From contig JBCCQQ010000007.1 of the NCBI GenBank assembly GCA_039024555.1, forward strand, positions 64,001-128,000: a stretch of DNA of 64,000 nucleotides, read 5' to 3'. Below the pieces are notes generated by a model. The model searched no databases, had not been told where the DNA came from, and worked only from the letters and a program-made list of their open reading frames with translations. This stretch comes from Cyanobacteria bacterium P01_D01_bin.156 (GTDB taxonomy: Bacteria > Cyanobacteriota > Cyanobacteriia > Phormidesmidales > Phormidesmidaceae). Shown one piece after another: positions 9,993 through 21,391 of this stretch; position 1 is the stretch's first letter; each line of letters starts with the position of its first letter. A program made the translations under genes and the position numbers.

Positions 9993-10322
9993 ATGACCCA
10001 AAACGACTCTGGTAATTTTGTGGGTGGACTTTTGGCCGGTACAGCCCTCGGTACAGTGATTGGCCTGCTTATTGCTCCTCGCAGTGGTCAACACACCCGT
10101 AAAGTTCTTAAAAAATCAGCGAATGCAGTCCCCGACTTAGTCGAAGACCTATCCACCAGCCTGCATTTTCATGCTGATAAGCTATCCCACACAACATTAC
10201 AAAATTGGGATAGTACCCTAGCGCGTCTTAAAGATGCTCTGATCGCTGGACAGGCTGCCAGTCGCGCAGAATTCCTCAAGTCTGCCCGAGACGCTAACGT
10301 CACTAATTCCCAGCGTGACTAA
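9993..10322 (+). CDS. YtxH domain-containing protein
   Basis: FVGGLLAGTALGTVIGLLIAPRSG..TR motif. Confidence 0.88.
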   Translation: MTQNDSGNFVGGLLAGTALGTVIGLLIAPRSGQHTRKVLKKSANAVPDLVEDLSTSLHFHADKLSHTTLQNWDSTLARLKDALIAGQAASRAEFLKSARDANVTNSQRD

Positions 10323-10851
10323 TCCTGTGTTTTGGCTAGGCCTATCGATTTTGTTATTGGCCCTTGGCCTAATTGCTTTAGTGTGTGTGTCTGTTCCGGC
10401 GCTGATAGGGCTATCGCGGGCGGCTCGCAGTGCTGAGAAGCTGTTTGACACCCTTGATCGGGAGCTGCCTCGCACCCTAGAAGCAATGCGTCATACCGGG
10501 GCTGACCTCAGCGGTTTGGCCGATGATATGACCGACGGCATTAGCAGCGCCCGCAACATTGTTAAGCATGTGGACCATGGCATTAGTGATGTTCGCCAGC
10601 AAGCGGTTCAGGCTCAACGCACCACCCGCAGTGTCGCGATGGGGTTTAGGGCAGCCTGGCGGGTGCTAACAAAGCCTGCAAAGCCCTCAAAGAAATCGTC
10701 CCGTTCCAAACGTCGTCCGCCGATTAAGCCCCAGGCTAAAAAATCTTCTCAGAAACATTCATCGGTACCTCCATCCAATTCCGTTGACGCTAGTCCTGAC
10801 GGGGCAACAGCTGGTGGGCCATCTACCCCTCCTACAAATGTCAGTGATTGA
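10315..10851 (+). CDS. DUF948 (YtxG/YoxC-like) membrane protein
   Basis: TM helix then RAARSAEKLFDTL.RELP.TL coiled coil; GTG start overlaps the ytxH-like stop by 8 nt. Confidence 0.72.
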   Translation: MTNPVFWLGLSILLLALGLIALVCVSVPALIGLSRAARSAEKLFDTLDRELPRTLEAMRHTGADLSGLADDMTDGISSARNIVKHVDHGISDVRQQAVQAQRTTRSVAMGFRAAWRVLTKPAKPSKKSSRSKRRPPIKPQAKKSSQKHSSVPPSNSVDASPDGATAGGPSTPPTNVSD

Positions 10852-10904
10852 CGGACGTTAGTCTTCTTCTTTACATTAAAGGTAGGTAAATAAGTGTAAA
10901 CATT

Positions 10905-11711
10905 ATGACCGCACGCCTTAAGAGTTGGTTGCAAACTTATCTATTGGGAAGTTTGCTGGTTTGTTGTATTGCTTTTGGCACGGTAGCGCCTGCTGCCCAC
11001 GCCTATAACAATCCGGAGCTGTTGCCAGATGAACCAACGATGGTGATTGATTTGGCAAAGATTCTGACCAATTCTCAGGAAGAGTATCTCAATGAACATT
11101 TACCTGAATTTGAGGAAGAAACGGGTTGGAAGCTGCGAGTGCTGACCCAGTTTGATCAAACGCCAGGCCGGGCTGTTAAAGATTTTTGGGGTCTAGACGA
11201 TAAAAGCGTCATGCTAATCGCTGACCCTCGCGGCGGCAACATTCTGAACTTTAGTGTGGGCGACTCAGTATATCCATTACTGCCTCGGGTGTTCTGGATT
11301 GAGTTGCAAACCCGCTTTGGGAACCAGTTTTTTGTCCGTGACAATGGGGAAGACCAGTCAATTATGCAGTCCATTGCGTCTTTAGAAACTTGCCTGTCTC
11401 GCGGTGGTTGCTCAGTGGTGCCAGGTCTACCTCAGGAACAATGGATTTTGACCCTAATTACATCCGTTTTAGGCGGCGTGATTTGTGGGTTTGCGGCGCA
11501 TCCTCGCAAAGACGGTCAAGTCTTTTCCTGGCAGTGGATGCTGATCTTTTCTCCCTTGTGGGGCATGCTGTTCATCGCGTTTGGTATCGGCCCGGTGGTA
11601 ACCCGTACGCAAGATTGGTTACCCCTGACTCGTAACATTGCTGGGTTCTTGATTGGTGCACTTGTAGCGTTTTTGAGCCCTGCATTTACTTCCGCTAGTG
11701 GTGAAGCTTAG
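10905..11711 (+). CDS. TPM-domain thylakoid/membrane protein
   Basis: Signal peptide ending AHA; GWKLRVLTQFDQTPG..VKDFWGLDD; three C-terminal TM helices. Confidence 0.82.
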   Translation: MTARLKSWLQTYLLGSLLVCCIAFGTVAPAAHAYNNPELLPDEPTMVIDLAKILTNSQEEYLNEHLPEFEEETGWKLRVLTQFDQTPGRAVKDFWGLDDKSVMLIADPRGGNILNFSVGDSVYPLLPRVFWIELQTRFGNQFFVRDNGEDQSIMQSIASLETCLSRGGCSVVPGLPQEQWILTLITSVLGGVICGFAAHPRKDGQVFSWQWMLIFSPLWGMLFIAFGIGPVVTRTQDWLPLTRNIAGFLIGALVAFLSPAFTSASGEA

Positions 11712-11769
11712 AGTCTGATTTACGGTCTGATGCTTTAGTTTCAGGTAGGAAAATTAATTAAAGACTTTG

Positions 11770-11809
11770 AAGAGAGCAGCCTGAGAATCAATTCTCAGGC
11801 TGCTCTCTT
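11770..11809. terminator. Probable bidirectional terminator between convergent genes
   Basis: 19-bp perfect inverted repeat aagagagcagcctgagaat / attctcaggctgctctctt. Confidence 0.8.
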
Positions 11810-11855
11810 TGATCTAAATCCGTTATGAATAGCGGACTCTTCCCCTATTCAACAA

Positions 11856-13523
11856 TCACTCACCAGTATTTTCTACTTCGTTTTGACTAACATTCCCACC
11901 AGGCAACGGTTTAACTCGTCGTCCTTTGGGCAGCTCAACAAAAATGTCGTAGCGTAGGGTGCGTTCGTTTTGAACGCTGGTGGTTACACCAATACTCTGA
12001 ATCGCAGAGACAACGGGAGCATCCGGCAGGGTGGGAAAAGGTAGCATTCCCTGCAGCTCTTGCATACGAGCAATATCTGCAAAGAAGTAGCCGCTTGTCT
12101 CCTGCGGCGAAATGTCCAACAGTGTTTGAAAACTGGGATTAGTCTGTAACGTTTGACTAGGCTGCGGTGCGATCGCATCGACCACATCTTCTCCTACACC
12201 AAAAAAGGTAATATCTTGGTCCAACCAGCCATGGCCCATGGCAATGCCACCGTAGTAAGACACCAGCTGATTGATAGGTTGCTCGCCTGATTGAACCGAT
12301 TCCACATCAAATCGAAACCGATTAGTCATTACCTCATTTAGCTCGCTCCAGGTACTTTCTGCCGCTTCGCGGTCGGTTACCTCCGCCACTAGGGCAAGCT
12401 GGCCCATGGGCATGGCAGCCGCATTCACAGCCGGTGGCCATAGCCCAAAGGTCATTTCCTCACCCAGCCAGGGCAGAATATCATTCTCAAAATCCAATCC
12501 AGTTCGCTGTTTTAACCCCTGGGCAAGGGTATCTGGAGCAATGGGCAATAGCGCACTTACACCTTCAGCCCCTGCTAAACTTTGCCACAGAGCGCCTATA
12601 TTTCCAGTGGACATCATGAGGACCGTGGACTCCGGCAACCGTTCAGGCGTCCATGCGTCACGATTCACGATATCCCGATACACCGGCTGATCTTCAGGTC
12701 CTAACCAGCTCGCCGCTTCAATGTCGAATCCATTGGGCAGGAGGGATACTACTGCTGCGACACCGTTAATGCCCGGTAATGTATCGCTCCCTGTAAAAAC
12801 TTCCGCTGCTACGGGCGCATTGACGTAAACCTGGGCAAATCCAGAGGGCATGTCCAAGGTTTTGTTGGCGGCTACATAGGCTCCATTTTCCAGCAGGGAT
12901 GGTATCGCCCCTTCAAAGCGGTCAATGACGGTTTCAACACTGTTGACACTAGCTGCCACTACCAGCCACTTATTGGCCAGTACCGTGCTTTCAAAGGTGT
13001 CACCATTAGCCGTTGTAATGCTCTGAATAGTGGCATTTTTGTAGTCTCGCCCTACCCAGGTAACGTCATCCTTGGGTTTAGATAATAGTTCCTGGGCTTT
13101 GAGAGGGTCGGCGATGGGAATCAGCAATACGAGATCAGCCGCGCCTTCTCCCGCATCTGTCTTAGGTAAAAAGGCGACGGTTACCTGGTCTGCAATCCAA
13201 GGCTCAATATCGGTGCGATAGCGATAGCCGTGGTTGCTCAGGATGCGATCGCGCCAGGTTAACAACCAACGATCCAGTATTTTTTGAGACTCAGCAGAGC
13301 CCATTTGACGCAAACGCGTCCACTGATTCTCATCCGTTGTCAGCGTAAGAGCCAACAGTGCATCGCTCGGCACCAACTCCATTCCAGAGGGTAACTGCGT
13401 GGATTTAAACAGGCGCTCGTTTATTCCCAGGTAGGCGGCAGCTCCTCCCAGGATCAATAAAACCGCAGTACCAGCGGTTAGCAGTAGGGGAGGCCGTTGT
13501 TTAAGCACCATAGGCAATTGCAA
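11856..13523 (-). CDS. DUF3352 domain-containing protein
   Basis: N-terminal anchor; LVPSDALLAL, DIEPWIADQVTVAFL and DILPWLGEE repeats; alternative ATG at 13511. Confidence 0.8.
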   Translation of the reverse strand: MQLPMVLKQRPPLLLTAGTAVLLILGGAAAYLGINERLFKSTQLPSGMELVPSDALLALTLTTDENQWTRLRQMGSAESQKILDRWLLTWRDRILSNHGYRYRTDIEPWIADQVTVAFLPKTDAGEGAADLVLLIPIADPLKAQELLSKPKDDVTWVGRDYKNATIQSITTANGDTFESTVLANKWLVVAASVNSVETVIDRFEGAIPSLLENGAYVAANKTLDMPSGFAQVYVNAPVAAEVFTGSDTLPGINGVAAVVSLLPNGFDIEAASWLGPEDQPVYRDIVNRDAWTPERLPESTVLMMSTGNIGALWQSLAGAEGVSALLPIAPDTLAQGLKQRTGLDFENDILPWLGEEMTFGLWPPAVNAAAMPMGQLALVAEVTDREAAESTWSELNEVMTNRFRFDVESVQSGEQPINQLVSYYGGIAMGHGWLDQDITFFGVGEDVVDAIAPQPSQTLQTNPSFQTLLDISPQETSGYFFADIARMQELQGMLPFPTLPDAPVVSAIQSIGVTTSVQNERTLRYDIFVELPKGRRVKPLPGGNVSQNEVENTGE

Positions 13524-13604
13524 GAGACCAACAACGCTTGCTAATTTACCACCGGTTTACAGAATCTGCATGTAGGAAACCGTCATCCTTAATTTTGATG
13601 TTTC

Positions 13605-16370
13605 TTACTCAGCGTCGCTGCCTGTTTTGGTATCTGTTTTCTTTGTGCTAGTGGACTTTTTAGCCCGAGTTGTAGACTTTTGAGCCGCAGTTGACCCCGT
13701 CTTTTTAGTTGTGCTAGCCCGCTTGGTCGTGGATTTCTTCGCAGTCGTCTTTTTGGCTGTAGACTTTTTCGTTGTGGATTTCTTAGTAGTGGACTTTTTA
13801 CGGGTAGTTTTCTTGGTTGCCGCCTTTGCCGCAATGATTTCTAATGCCTCTTCCAGGGTGATGTCCTCTACTTTTTTACCCTCAGGTAAAGAAGCATTCA
13901 CCTTCTCGTACTTGATATAAGGACCATAGGGGCCATCGTAAATGTTGATGGGTTCTTCTGAGTCAGGATGCTTACCCAGTTCCCGCAAAGGCTTAGCCGC
14001 TTTACGCCCACGTCCGCGCTTGGGCTGAGCCAGTAGTTCCAGGGCTCGCTCCAGAGTGACCGTCAGCACATCATCGTCCCCTTTGAGGGAGCGATAGTCT
14101 TTACCTTCCTTGCCCTGGTCATGGACGACGTAGGGGCCAAATCGACCCAGACTGGCCTTGATCTTTGCCTCTGTCTCAGGGTGTAAGCCCAGTAAGCGAG
14201 GTAGCGACAGTAGGCCCACGGCCATTTCCAAATCCACAGATTCACGGGTCACACCCTTGGGTAGCGATACCTGCTTAGGCTTAGGATTTTCTTCAGTTTT
14301 GTCTCCCAGACGTACATAGGGTCCATAGGGACCGATCAAGGCATAAATCGGGTCCCCCGTCTCCGGGTGTAGACCCAGCTTCTCCGGTCCTTCTGTTTTT
14401 TGCTTAAGCAGCACCTGCACCTGATCATCACTAAGATCGGCAGGGCTGACATCTAGGGGAATGGATGCCCGTACGGTTTCAGCTTCTTCCCCTTCATCTT
14501 CGCTCAACGCCTCAATGTAGGGACCGTACTTACCAATACGGACCTTGGCACTCAGGTCAGACAGGTCCACGGTGCGGGCTTCTGCCGGATCAATCTGACT
14601 TTCTCTCGCTTCTACTTGACCAGAAAGTCCTGCATCGCCAGAATAAAAATCCTTCAAGTACGGTAGCCAATCGGCTTCCCCAGTAGAAATTTCGTCCAGG
14701 GTACGCTCCATACGAGCCGTAAACTTCACATCCACCAAATCTGGAAAATGTTTGTCCAGCAGATCGGTTACAGCAAATGCTGTGAAGGTGGGCATCAAGC
14801 TGTTGTTGAGCGGATGCACATACCCTCGGTCAATGATGGTTCCAATGACCGAAGCATAGGTACTGGGGCGACCAATGCCTTCTTTTTCAAGGGTTTTTAC
14901 CAACGTAGCCTCGGTATACCTAGCCGGGGGTTTAGTTTCGTGCCCAATGGGTTCTAGCTCTGTGCAATTGGGAGCATCGCCCACTTTCAGGGGCGGCAGG
15001 GTGACTTCCCGATCTTCTAGAGCAGCATTAGGGTCATCAGAACCTTCGACATAGGCCCGGAAAAAGCCTGGAAAATCGATACGCTTACCGGTGGCTTTGA
15101 AGATTGCATCGTCCACTTCAATGGAAACCGTAATGTGGGTTTGGCGAGCATTGGCCATTTGACAGGCTACGGTCCGCTTCCAAATGAGGTCGTAGAGGCT
15201 GCGCTCGCGATCCTTAAGCCCGGTTTCCTGGGGTGTTCGAAAAGTGCTCCCCGCTGGACGAATCGCTTCATGGGCTTCCTGAGCGCCTTTGCTTTTAGTG
15301 GCGTACTGGCGTGGTTTGGGACTCAGATATTCCTTGCCGTACTTTTGCTCAACACAGGTGCGAGCCGCGTTGATGGCCTGTTGAGACAGATTTACCGAAT
15401 CCGTACGCATGTAAGTTATGAAGCCCTTTTCATAGAGAGATTGGGCGGTGCGCATGGTATCGCGGGCCGAAAGCCTGAGCTTACGATTGGCCTCTTGTTG
15501 CAATGTGGATGTGGTGAACGGCGGTGCGGGCTTCGGACTAGAGGGACGTTCCTCCAAATTAGAAACAGTCCAAACGCTAGCTTCTAGACGTTGCTTTAGA
15601 GCTTGGGCCTGATTTTCATCCAGCAGTACCACGTTGCGTCCAGCGATGATTTGCCCTGTATTTTCATCAAAGTCGCTACCGGTGGCTATGCGAGTGCCAC
15701 CTAGGCTAACCAGCTTGGCTTCAAACGGATTTTTAGCCTGCTCAAGGGTGGCCTTTAAATCCCAGTAGGTGCCTTGCTTAAAGGCCCGACGATCCCGCTC
15801 CCGTTCTACCAGAAGCTTTACGGCCACCGACTGTACCCGGCCAGCAGATAGCCCCCAAGCAATTTTTTTCCAGAGCAGTGGTGATAGAGTGTATCCCACT
15901 AAACGATCCAAAATCCGCCGAGTTTCCTGAGCCCTCACTAGCTGACCATCAATGTCACGACAGCTGTCAAGGGCCGCTTGAATAGCATCCTCAGTAATCT
16001 CATGGAACACCATGCGCTTGGTGGGCACCTTGGGCTTAAGCAGCTGTAGTAGATGCCAGCTGATGCTTTCCCCTTCGCGGTCTTCATCCGTCGCGAGGAC
16101 AAGCTCATCAGCTTCTTTTAAGGCGTCCTTGAGAGCTTTGACGACCTTCTTTTTGTCCTTGGGCACCAGGTATAGCGGTTCAAAATCCGCGTCCACATTC
16201 ACACCTAGCTGAGCCCATTTTTCTCCCTTGACACTGGCAGGAATTTCACTTGCCGATTTGGGCAAATCGCGCACATGCCCCATGGACGCTTCCACACGGT
16301 AGCCCCTGGGTAGGTAGTTGCGAATTGTTTTTGCCTTTGTGGGTGACTCGACAATAACAAGGGTGGACAT
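13605..16370 (-). CDS. topA: DNA topoisomerase I
   Basis: [34 protein letters not shown] (catalytic Tyr), G[RKP][FY]GPY C-terminal repeats, Lys-rich tail. Confidence 0.98.
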   Translation of the reverse strand: MSTLVIVESPTKAKTIRNYLPRGYRVEASMGHVRDLPKSASEIPASVKGEKWAQLGVNVDADFEPLYLVPKDKKKVVKALKDALKEADELVLATDEDREGESISWHLLQLLKPKVPTKRMVFHEITEDAIQAALDSCRDIDGQLVRAQETRRILDRLVGYTLSPLLWKKIAWGLSAGRVQSVAVKLLVERERDRRAFKQGTYWDLKATLEQAKNPFEAKLVSLGGTRIATGSDFDENTGQIIAGRNVVLLDENQAQALKQRLEASVWTVSNLEERPSSPKPAPPFTTSTLQQEANRKLRLSARDTMRTAQSLYEKGFITYMRTDSVNLSQQAINAARTCVEQKYGKEYLSPKPRQYATKSKGAQEAHEAIRPAGSTFRTPQETGLKDRERSLYDLIWKRTVACQMANARQTHITVSIEVDDAIFKATGKRIDFPGFFRAYVEGSDDPNAALEDREVTLPPLKVGDAPNCTELEPIGHETKPPARYTEATLVKTLEKEGIGRPSTYASVIGTIIDRGYVHPLNNSLMPTFTAFAVTDLLDKHFPDLVDVKFTARMERTLDEISTGEADWLPYLKDFYSGDAGLSGQVEARESQIDPAEARTVDLSDLSAKVRIGKYGPYIEALSEDEGEEAETVRASIPLDVSPADLSDDQVQVLLKQKTEGPEKLGLHPETGDPIYALIGPYGPYVRLGDKTEENPKPKQVSLPKGVTRESVDLEMAVGLLSLPRLLGLHPETEAKIKASLGRFGPYVVHDQGKEGKDYRSLKGDDDVLTVTLERALELLAQPKRGRGRKAAKPLRELGKHPDSEEPINIYDGPYGPYIKYEKVNASLPEGKKVEDITLEEALEIIAAKAATKKTTRKKSTTKKSTTKKSTAKKTTAKKSTTKRASTTKKTGSTAAQKSTTRAKKSTSTKKTDTKTGSDAE

Positions 16371-16931
16371 ACAGCGAACTTAGAATAATGGTCGAACGGG
16401 TGCAGTGGCTCTAGCAGATTTTCTATTTGGCTTGGCAAACAGTCACTAAGCTAGGGGGGTGAGCTAATAAAACGACGCTAGCGTTTTATCAATAGCAATA
16501 ATGCCCGAGGGGGACGATAACGATGACAGTTTTCATTGGCTAACTATACACAACCATTGCATGTAGCTCAGAACTTATCAGAGGTGTATGCAATAGGTTG
16601 AGTGCTGAAAGCCGTACCTGCAACATTTGAAGTCCATGTGATGGGCACTTCTATATATCGATAGATCGAAATGGCAAATTTCGTCCACCTTTAATCAGAT
16701 TTAGTTCAGAAAAGTCAGCAGATGGCGGATGGCGGAACCTTGGTAGAAATTTAGTTACTAAAACCTTTCAGGGCCTAGTTTTTAAGCACATAGACATCAT
16801 TTTCATTACTTTTTTTGGATAGGACAGCTCCCTGAAAGAATTTAATCTGATTCAAGAATTTCCCTAGGGATGCTTCAGATGAGCGAGAATACTAGGGTAA
16901 GATGCCAAATGGATATTTAACCACTGCACCC

Positions 16932-18503
16932 ATGGACGTTGCCAGTCTTGCTGCTCAGCTGAATACGGGCATGATTTTGCCCGAAGCTATTGTCATTCTG
17001 ACAATTTTAATAATTTTAGTAGGCGATTTAATCCAAGGCCGCGCCTCATCAAGTTGGGTTCCCTATGTTGCCATTGGTGGCTGTTTAGCCGCTGTGGGAG
17101 CCCTGGCACTGCAGTGGGATACGAGCAATCCGATCTCCTTTTTTGGAGAATTTAACGGAGATGCTTTGAGCATTGTTTTTCGTGGCATTATTGTGCTGTC
17201 TGCAGCGGTTACGGTGCCGATGTCGATTCGCTACGTGGAGCAGTCGGGTACGGCATTAGCAGAGTTTTTAAGTATTTTGCTAACGGCCACTCTAGGGGGC
17301 ATGTTTCTAGCTGGCGCTGATGAGCTAGTAACTATCTTTGTATCCCTAGAGACGTTGAGTATTTCTTCATATTTGCTGACTGGCTACATGAAGCGTGATC
17401 CCCGCTCGAATGAGGCTGCACTTAAGTATTTGCTGATTGGGGCAGCTAGTTCAGCTATTTTTTTGTATGGGGTGTCGCTACTGTATGGGCTTTCCGGTGG
17501 TGAAACAAGACTTGGTGCGATCGCACAGTCACTGGCCAGTCAGGCAACGACCAGCGATAGTTCCATTGGCTTGGTAATAGCCCTAGTGTTTGTAATTGCA
17601 GGAATTGCCTTTAAGGTCGCGGCTGTGCCCTTCCACCAGTGGACACCCGACGTTTATGAAGGGTCTCCTACACCAGTGGTTGCCTTTTTGTCAGTGGGTT
17701 CCAAGGCAGCTGGTTTTGCCCTAGCCATTCGCCTGTTAGTGAGCACCTTCCCTCTCGTTGCCGACGAGTGGCGGTTTGTATTTACGGCTCTGGCTATTCT
17801 CAGTATGGTGCTGGGGAATGTGGTGGCCTTGGCTCAAACCAGCATGAAGCGTATGTTGGCCTACTCATCTATTGGTCAAGCAGGCTTTATGATGATTGGC
17901 CTGGTAATTGGCACCGACGCAGGCTACGCCAGCATGATTTTCTATTTGATGGTGTACCTGTTTATGAACTTGGGCGGTTTCACCTGTGTGATTCTCTTCT
18001 CCCTACGCACCGGTACAGACCAGATTAGTGAGTATGCCGGTCTATACCAGAAAGATCCACTATTAACCCTTTGTTTGTGTTTGTGTCTACTGTCCCTAGG
18101 TGGAATTCCACCACTGGCAGGCTTCTTTGGTAAGCTCTACATTTTCTGGGCTGGCTGGCAAGCGGGTGCTTATAATCTGGTGTTAATTGGTTTAATTACC
18201 AGCGTTATCTCCATTTACTACTACATCCGTGTAGTCAAAATGATGGTGGTAAAAGAGCCCCAGGAAATGTCTGAGTCTATCAAGAACTATCCTGCTCCTG
18301 AATGGACTCTACCTGGGATGAGGCCTTTACAGGTAAGTTTAATTGTGGCCGTTATTGCAACCTCACTGGCAGGAGTATTGTCAAATCCACTCTTTACCCT
18401 AGCGAACGATTCTGTGACTAAAACCCCCTTGCTTCAAGCAGCTCAGGATACCTCTAGTACTGTGGCAACGACGCTCCGGATAAACACCGATCAATCCTTC
18501 TAG
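16932..18503 (+). CDS. ndhB: NAD(P)H-quinone oxidoreductase subunit 2
   Basis: [35 protein letters not shown]; start at MDVASL (ORF track starts at 16902). Confidence 0.96.
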   Translation: MDVASLAAQLNTGMILPEAIVILTILIILVGDLIQGRASSSWVPYVAIGGCLAAVGALALQWDTSNPISFFGEFNGDALSIVFRGIIVLSAAVTVPMSIRYVEQSGTALAEFLSILLTATLGGMFLAGADELVTIFVSLETLSISSYLLTGYMKRDPRSNEAALKYLLIGAASSAIFLYGVSLLYGLSGGETRLGAIAQSLASQATTSDSSIGLVIALVFVIAGIAFKVAAVPFHQWTPDVYEGSPTPVVAFLSVGSKAAGFALAIRLLVSTFPLVADEWRFVFTALAILSMVLGNVVALAQTSMKRMLAYSSIGQAGFMMIGLVIGTDAGYASMIFYLMVYLFMNLGGFTCVILFSLRTGTDQISEYAGLYQKDPLLTLCLCLCLLSLGGIPPLAGFFGKLYIFWAGWQAGAYNLVLIGLITSVISIYYYIRVVKMMVVKEPQEMSESIKNYPAPEWTLPGMRPLQVSLIVAVIATSLAGVLSNPLFTLANDSVTKTPLLQAAQDTSSTVATTLRINTDQSF

Positions 18504-18517
18504 ATTGATCGGTGTTT
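18482..18517. terminator. Hairpin overlapping the ndhB stop
   Basis: 15-bp inverted repeat aaacaccgatcaatc / gattgatcggtgttt followed by T. Confidence 0.65.
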
Positions 18518-18601
18518 TACCTACGCCAAAGCTATCGGTTTAAGTCCAGCTATCGGTAAGAGCGACTAGCTCTCTAACAGCCTTCTGGGTTTGCATTGGC
18601 A

Positions 18602-21391
18602 CTAACCCAGAAGACTGTTTGTTTGAGCCATGGGAAACATCACGGAGCTGCGAATGCGATTATCATCCAGCTTCTCCAAAATAAATTCTCCCCCTAGGCG
18701 ATTCATTAACGAGCGACAAATTGTCAGGTTGAGTCCCGGTGGTCTATCTAAGGGAGAATCCGCTAAATAATCATGGCGATTTCCCTGGGCAAGCGCATCG
18801 ATCAAGGTATCTTCCACATGGCCATCATCCGTAATCGATAGCTCAATCCACTGATTTTCTAAAGGACGGCTCCAAACATCCACACGTCCTTGGGCAGGGG
18901 AGCGGCGGCAGGCGGCTGAAATCAATTCGTACAGAATAAACTCGATTTTTTGCATTTCTCCCTGTAGTGCCAGATTGCTATCGCAGTGCACTTGGGTCCA
19001 CAGCTGCTTTTTTTGTACCTGGTTTTGGACCCGCTTCATTAAGCGGTTAAGCAGAGCAACTAAAGGCACTTTTCTCGGATCGGACGCCATCGCCCACCTT
19101 TCTTGCCCCGTCAGCTGCAGCATGACTTTTTCCATATTTGCCAGACGACTTTCCACGGCATGGAAGTAGGGCTGATCTCCCAGGCTGGGCTGCTGTTTAA
19201 GGTTATTTAGCTGACGCCGAGACTCTCGTACCTGGCGTCGAATATCGTCCATGTGATGGTGTTTATACCAATTCAGCTCGGTTAGCTGACTTTTTTGATC
19301 CTGTAAACGGCTGGTTAGCAGTAGATGACGACGACACCAAGCGAGCTGATGGACTAGCACAGCTAGCATGCTCATTTGTTGATCAGAAAATCGTCGATCA
19401 GCACGATCAGCCAGCAAAACGGCTCCATTGAGGGTGTGCTCTGGTGCTGTTCTCAGAGCTACAACCAGTAGCTGGGCCTGAGAAGGACAGCGCAGCCACT
19501 GCCGAGTAACATCCGGTAGATCTTCAAACTCTAGCTGAATTACCCCATCGGTTTGAATAGCCCAGTTAATGATGGCATCACTACCCACCAAGATAGGGGG
19601 CTCATTCTTAGCAAAAAACTGGTTATCACGAATTACCGAAGCTGCTAAACGGGCTTCCTCTTGACCATTTTCCCAGGTAATCAGTGTGGCTAAGGGCAGT
19701 CGTAACAGCTGGCTAATGTGGTGAATAGCAGCCTGTTCTAACTGAGTCACATCAAACGTACGCTGAAGATTACGCAATCCCCATTGCATGGTGTCGTTCA
19801 TTTGGGACTGCTGCTGCGCTTGCCTTTGAAGAAACCACTGATGTAGAACCAACCCAATTTGACGGCCTACTGACTGTAGTAGCGACTGTTCGTCGTGGTT
19901 CCAACGTCGGGTATTGGTGTCGGTAACAACCAATATGCCTTCTGGTGACTGACCTGGCGATAGGTTGCACACCATGGTTGCCTGCATGCCCATCTGCAAA
20001 AACTGAGGCCGCCATGCCCGCAGTTTGAGATCGTCATCTAAGTTTTCAATACAAATAGGAGCTGTTTGCCGAGTCAGCAACTGCCAATCGACGTCATGAA
20101 GCGAGCGCCAGGTGTCCTGGGTAGGTTTACTTTGATGGCTATGGTGCTGATAGCCCACTTCAAAACCGCTACATTCGATATCTGGCACAAGCACCAATAA
20201 CCCATCAATCTCGAGGGTGGCAATCAGTTGTTCTGCACAGCGAGCCATGACTGACTGCCAATCGCGAGCACCATAGATACTCTGGGCAATGCCAGCCGAT
20301 AGCTGATGATTCGCTTCTAAATCTGCGACCCGCTCCTGTAGAGCCGACATGGGCATCCCCAAACTGACCACTTTCGCTGCGGCCGTCAGATAGCCTTTTT
20401 CAGGCAGACTCCATTCTCGTGGTTGACTAGCTTCTACTAATAAAAAACCCAGTAGCTCACTCTGCATCAATATTGGAGCAACCATCAAGGACGGTTTATC
20501 AAAGCCCGATTTTAAGGGTTCAATAATGGCTTCTGTGTGGGAGTAAGAATCCTTACCAATGACAATGACATCACCACAGGACAAGGCTTGATAGACTTCC
20601 TGGTAGCCACTGGCTGATATCTGACTGAGAACAGAGGACTGAGTGGCATAAGCATGGCGATTGTGGCCGCCGTTGACCACCCGATGCCAAAAGTATCGTT
20701 CCTGGGGTTCAAACCAGTATCCATGGGTGCGGCTCGCCCCAATAAATCTGTTGGTAGCGTCTACGATTGCTTGCAGACGTGGTTCGAGTTCTTGAATTGC
20801 TTCAAGTCGAGTTAATAGCTGGAAAAATGGTTGGGAGGGACGCTTTTCTAGCTGTAGATCGATATTTTGCCGATGACGATACAGAATTGCTGACAGAGTA
20901 GTGAACAAGATAGCAAACGTTTTTTTGTTCACCCCGGATTTTAAGGAGGCTCCGCGACGGTTAGTCCCCAGCAGAACAATGCCTAGGCATTCTTGTTGAC
21001 GCAGGATCGGAAAAACTAGAGCATCGTGTAATCCTAGACGTTTGGCAATGGATTTCCATTCACCGGCACGGTAGGATTCTTGCAAATCGTAAACAGCGGC
21101 AGGTGCGCCCCGCTCAATTACCTGCTGAATTGCATCGTCAGGCTGAACCTGAATTTTTTGCCATAGAAAATTCTTGTCACTGGCTGATTTGGCCAACAGG
21201 GTAGACAAGCTTTGGTCTTCTGCCTCGTATAAACCGATCCAGGTCAGCTCATGGGGGAACAGCTGATGCATATAGCTGACCATTTCCTGCAGTTGGTCAT
21301 CGATGTTGTCCTGCTCCCAAACGTTCTTGAGAACCTGGCCGAGGGTCGCCAGATGTTGTTCACACGTTGATGGGGGGACAGGACTGACCAT
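18602..21391 (-). CDS. Multi-GAF sensor with degenerate HATPase-like C-terminus
   Basis: About four GAF repeats (VFPI..LGIV, VAPI..LGFL, GILVV...RRW, GAVLL...RRF); C-terminal LSITDDG...GLNL.IC..LM..LGG. Confidence 0.8.
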   Translation of the reverse strand: MVSPVPPSTCEQHLATLGQVLKNVWEQDNIDDQLQEMVSYMHQLFPHELTWIGLYEAEDQSLSTLLAKSASDKNFLWQKIQVQPDDAIQQVIERGAPAAVYDLQESYRAGEWKSIAKRLGLHDALVFPILRQQECLGIVLLGTNRRGASLKSGVNKKTFAILFTTLSAILYRHRQNIDLQLEKRPSQPFFQLLTRLEAIQELEPRLQAIVDATNRFIGASRTHGYWFEPQERYFWHRVVNGGHNRHAYATQSSVLSQISASGYQEVYQALSCGDVIVIGKDSYSHTEAIIEPLKSGFDKPSLMVAPILMQSELLGFLLVEASQPREWSLPEKGYLTAAAKVVSLGMPMSALQERVADLEANHQLSAGIAQSIYGARDWQSVMARCAEQLIATLEIDGLLVLVPDIECSGFEVGYQHHSHQSKPTQDTWRSLHDVDWQLLTRQTAPICIENLDDDLKLRAWRPQFLQMGMQATMVCNLSPGQSPEGILVVTDTNTRRWNHDEQSLLQSVGRQIGLVLHQWFLQRQAQQQSQMNDTMQWGLRNLQRTFDVTQLEQAAIHHISQLLRLPLATLITWENGQEEARLAASVIRDNQFFAKNEPPILVGSDAIINWAIQTDGVIQLEFEDLPDVTRQWLRCPSQAQLLVVALRTAPEHTLNGAVLLADRADRRFSDQQMSMLAVLVHQLAWCRRHLLLTSRLQDQKSQLTELNWYKHHHMDDIRRQVRESRRQLNNLKQQPSLGDQPYFHAVESRLANMEKVMLQLTGQERWAMASDPRKVPLVALLNRLMKRVQNQVQKKQLWTQVHCDSNLALQGEMQKIEFILYELISAACRRSPAQGRVDVWSRPLENQWIELSITDDGHVEDTLIDALAQGNRHDYLADSPLDRPPGLNLTICRSLMNRLGGEFILEKLDDNRIRSSVMFPMAQTNSLLG

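Noticed and set aside
13589..13920. Arg/Lys-rich and hydrophobic short ORFs over the topA 3' end
   Set aside because: Alternative-frame shadows of the Lys-rich repeat
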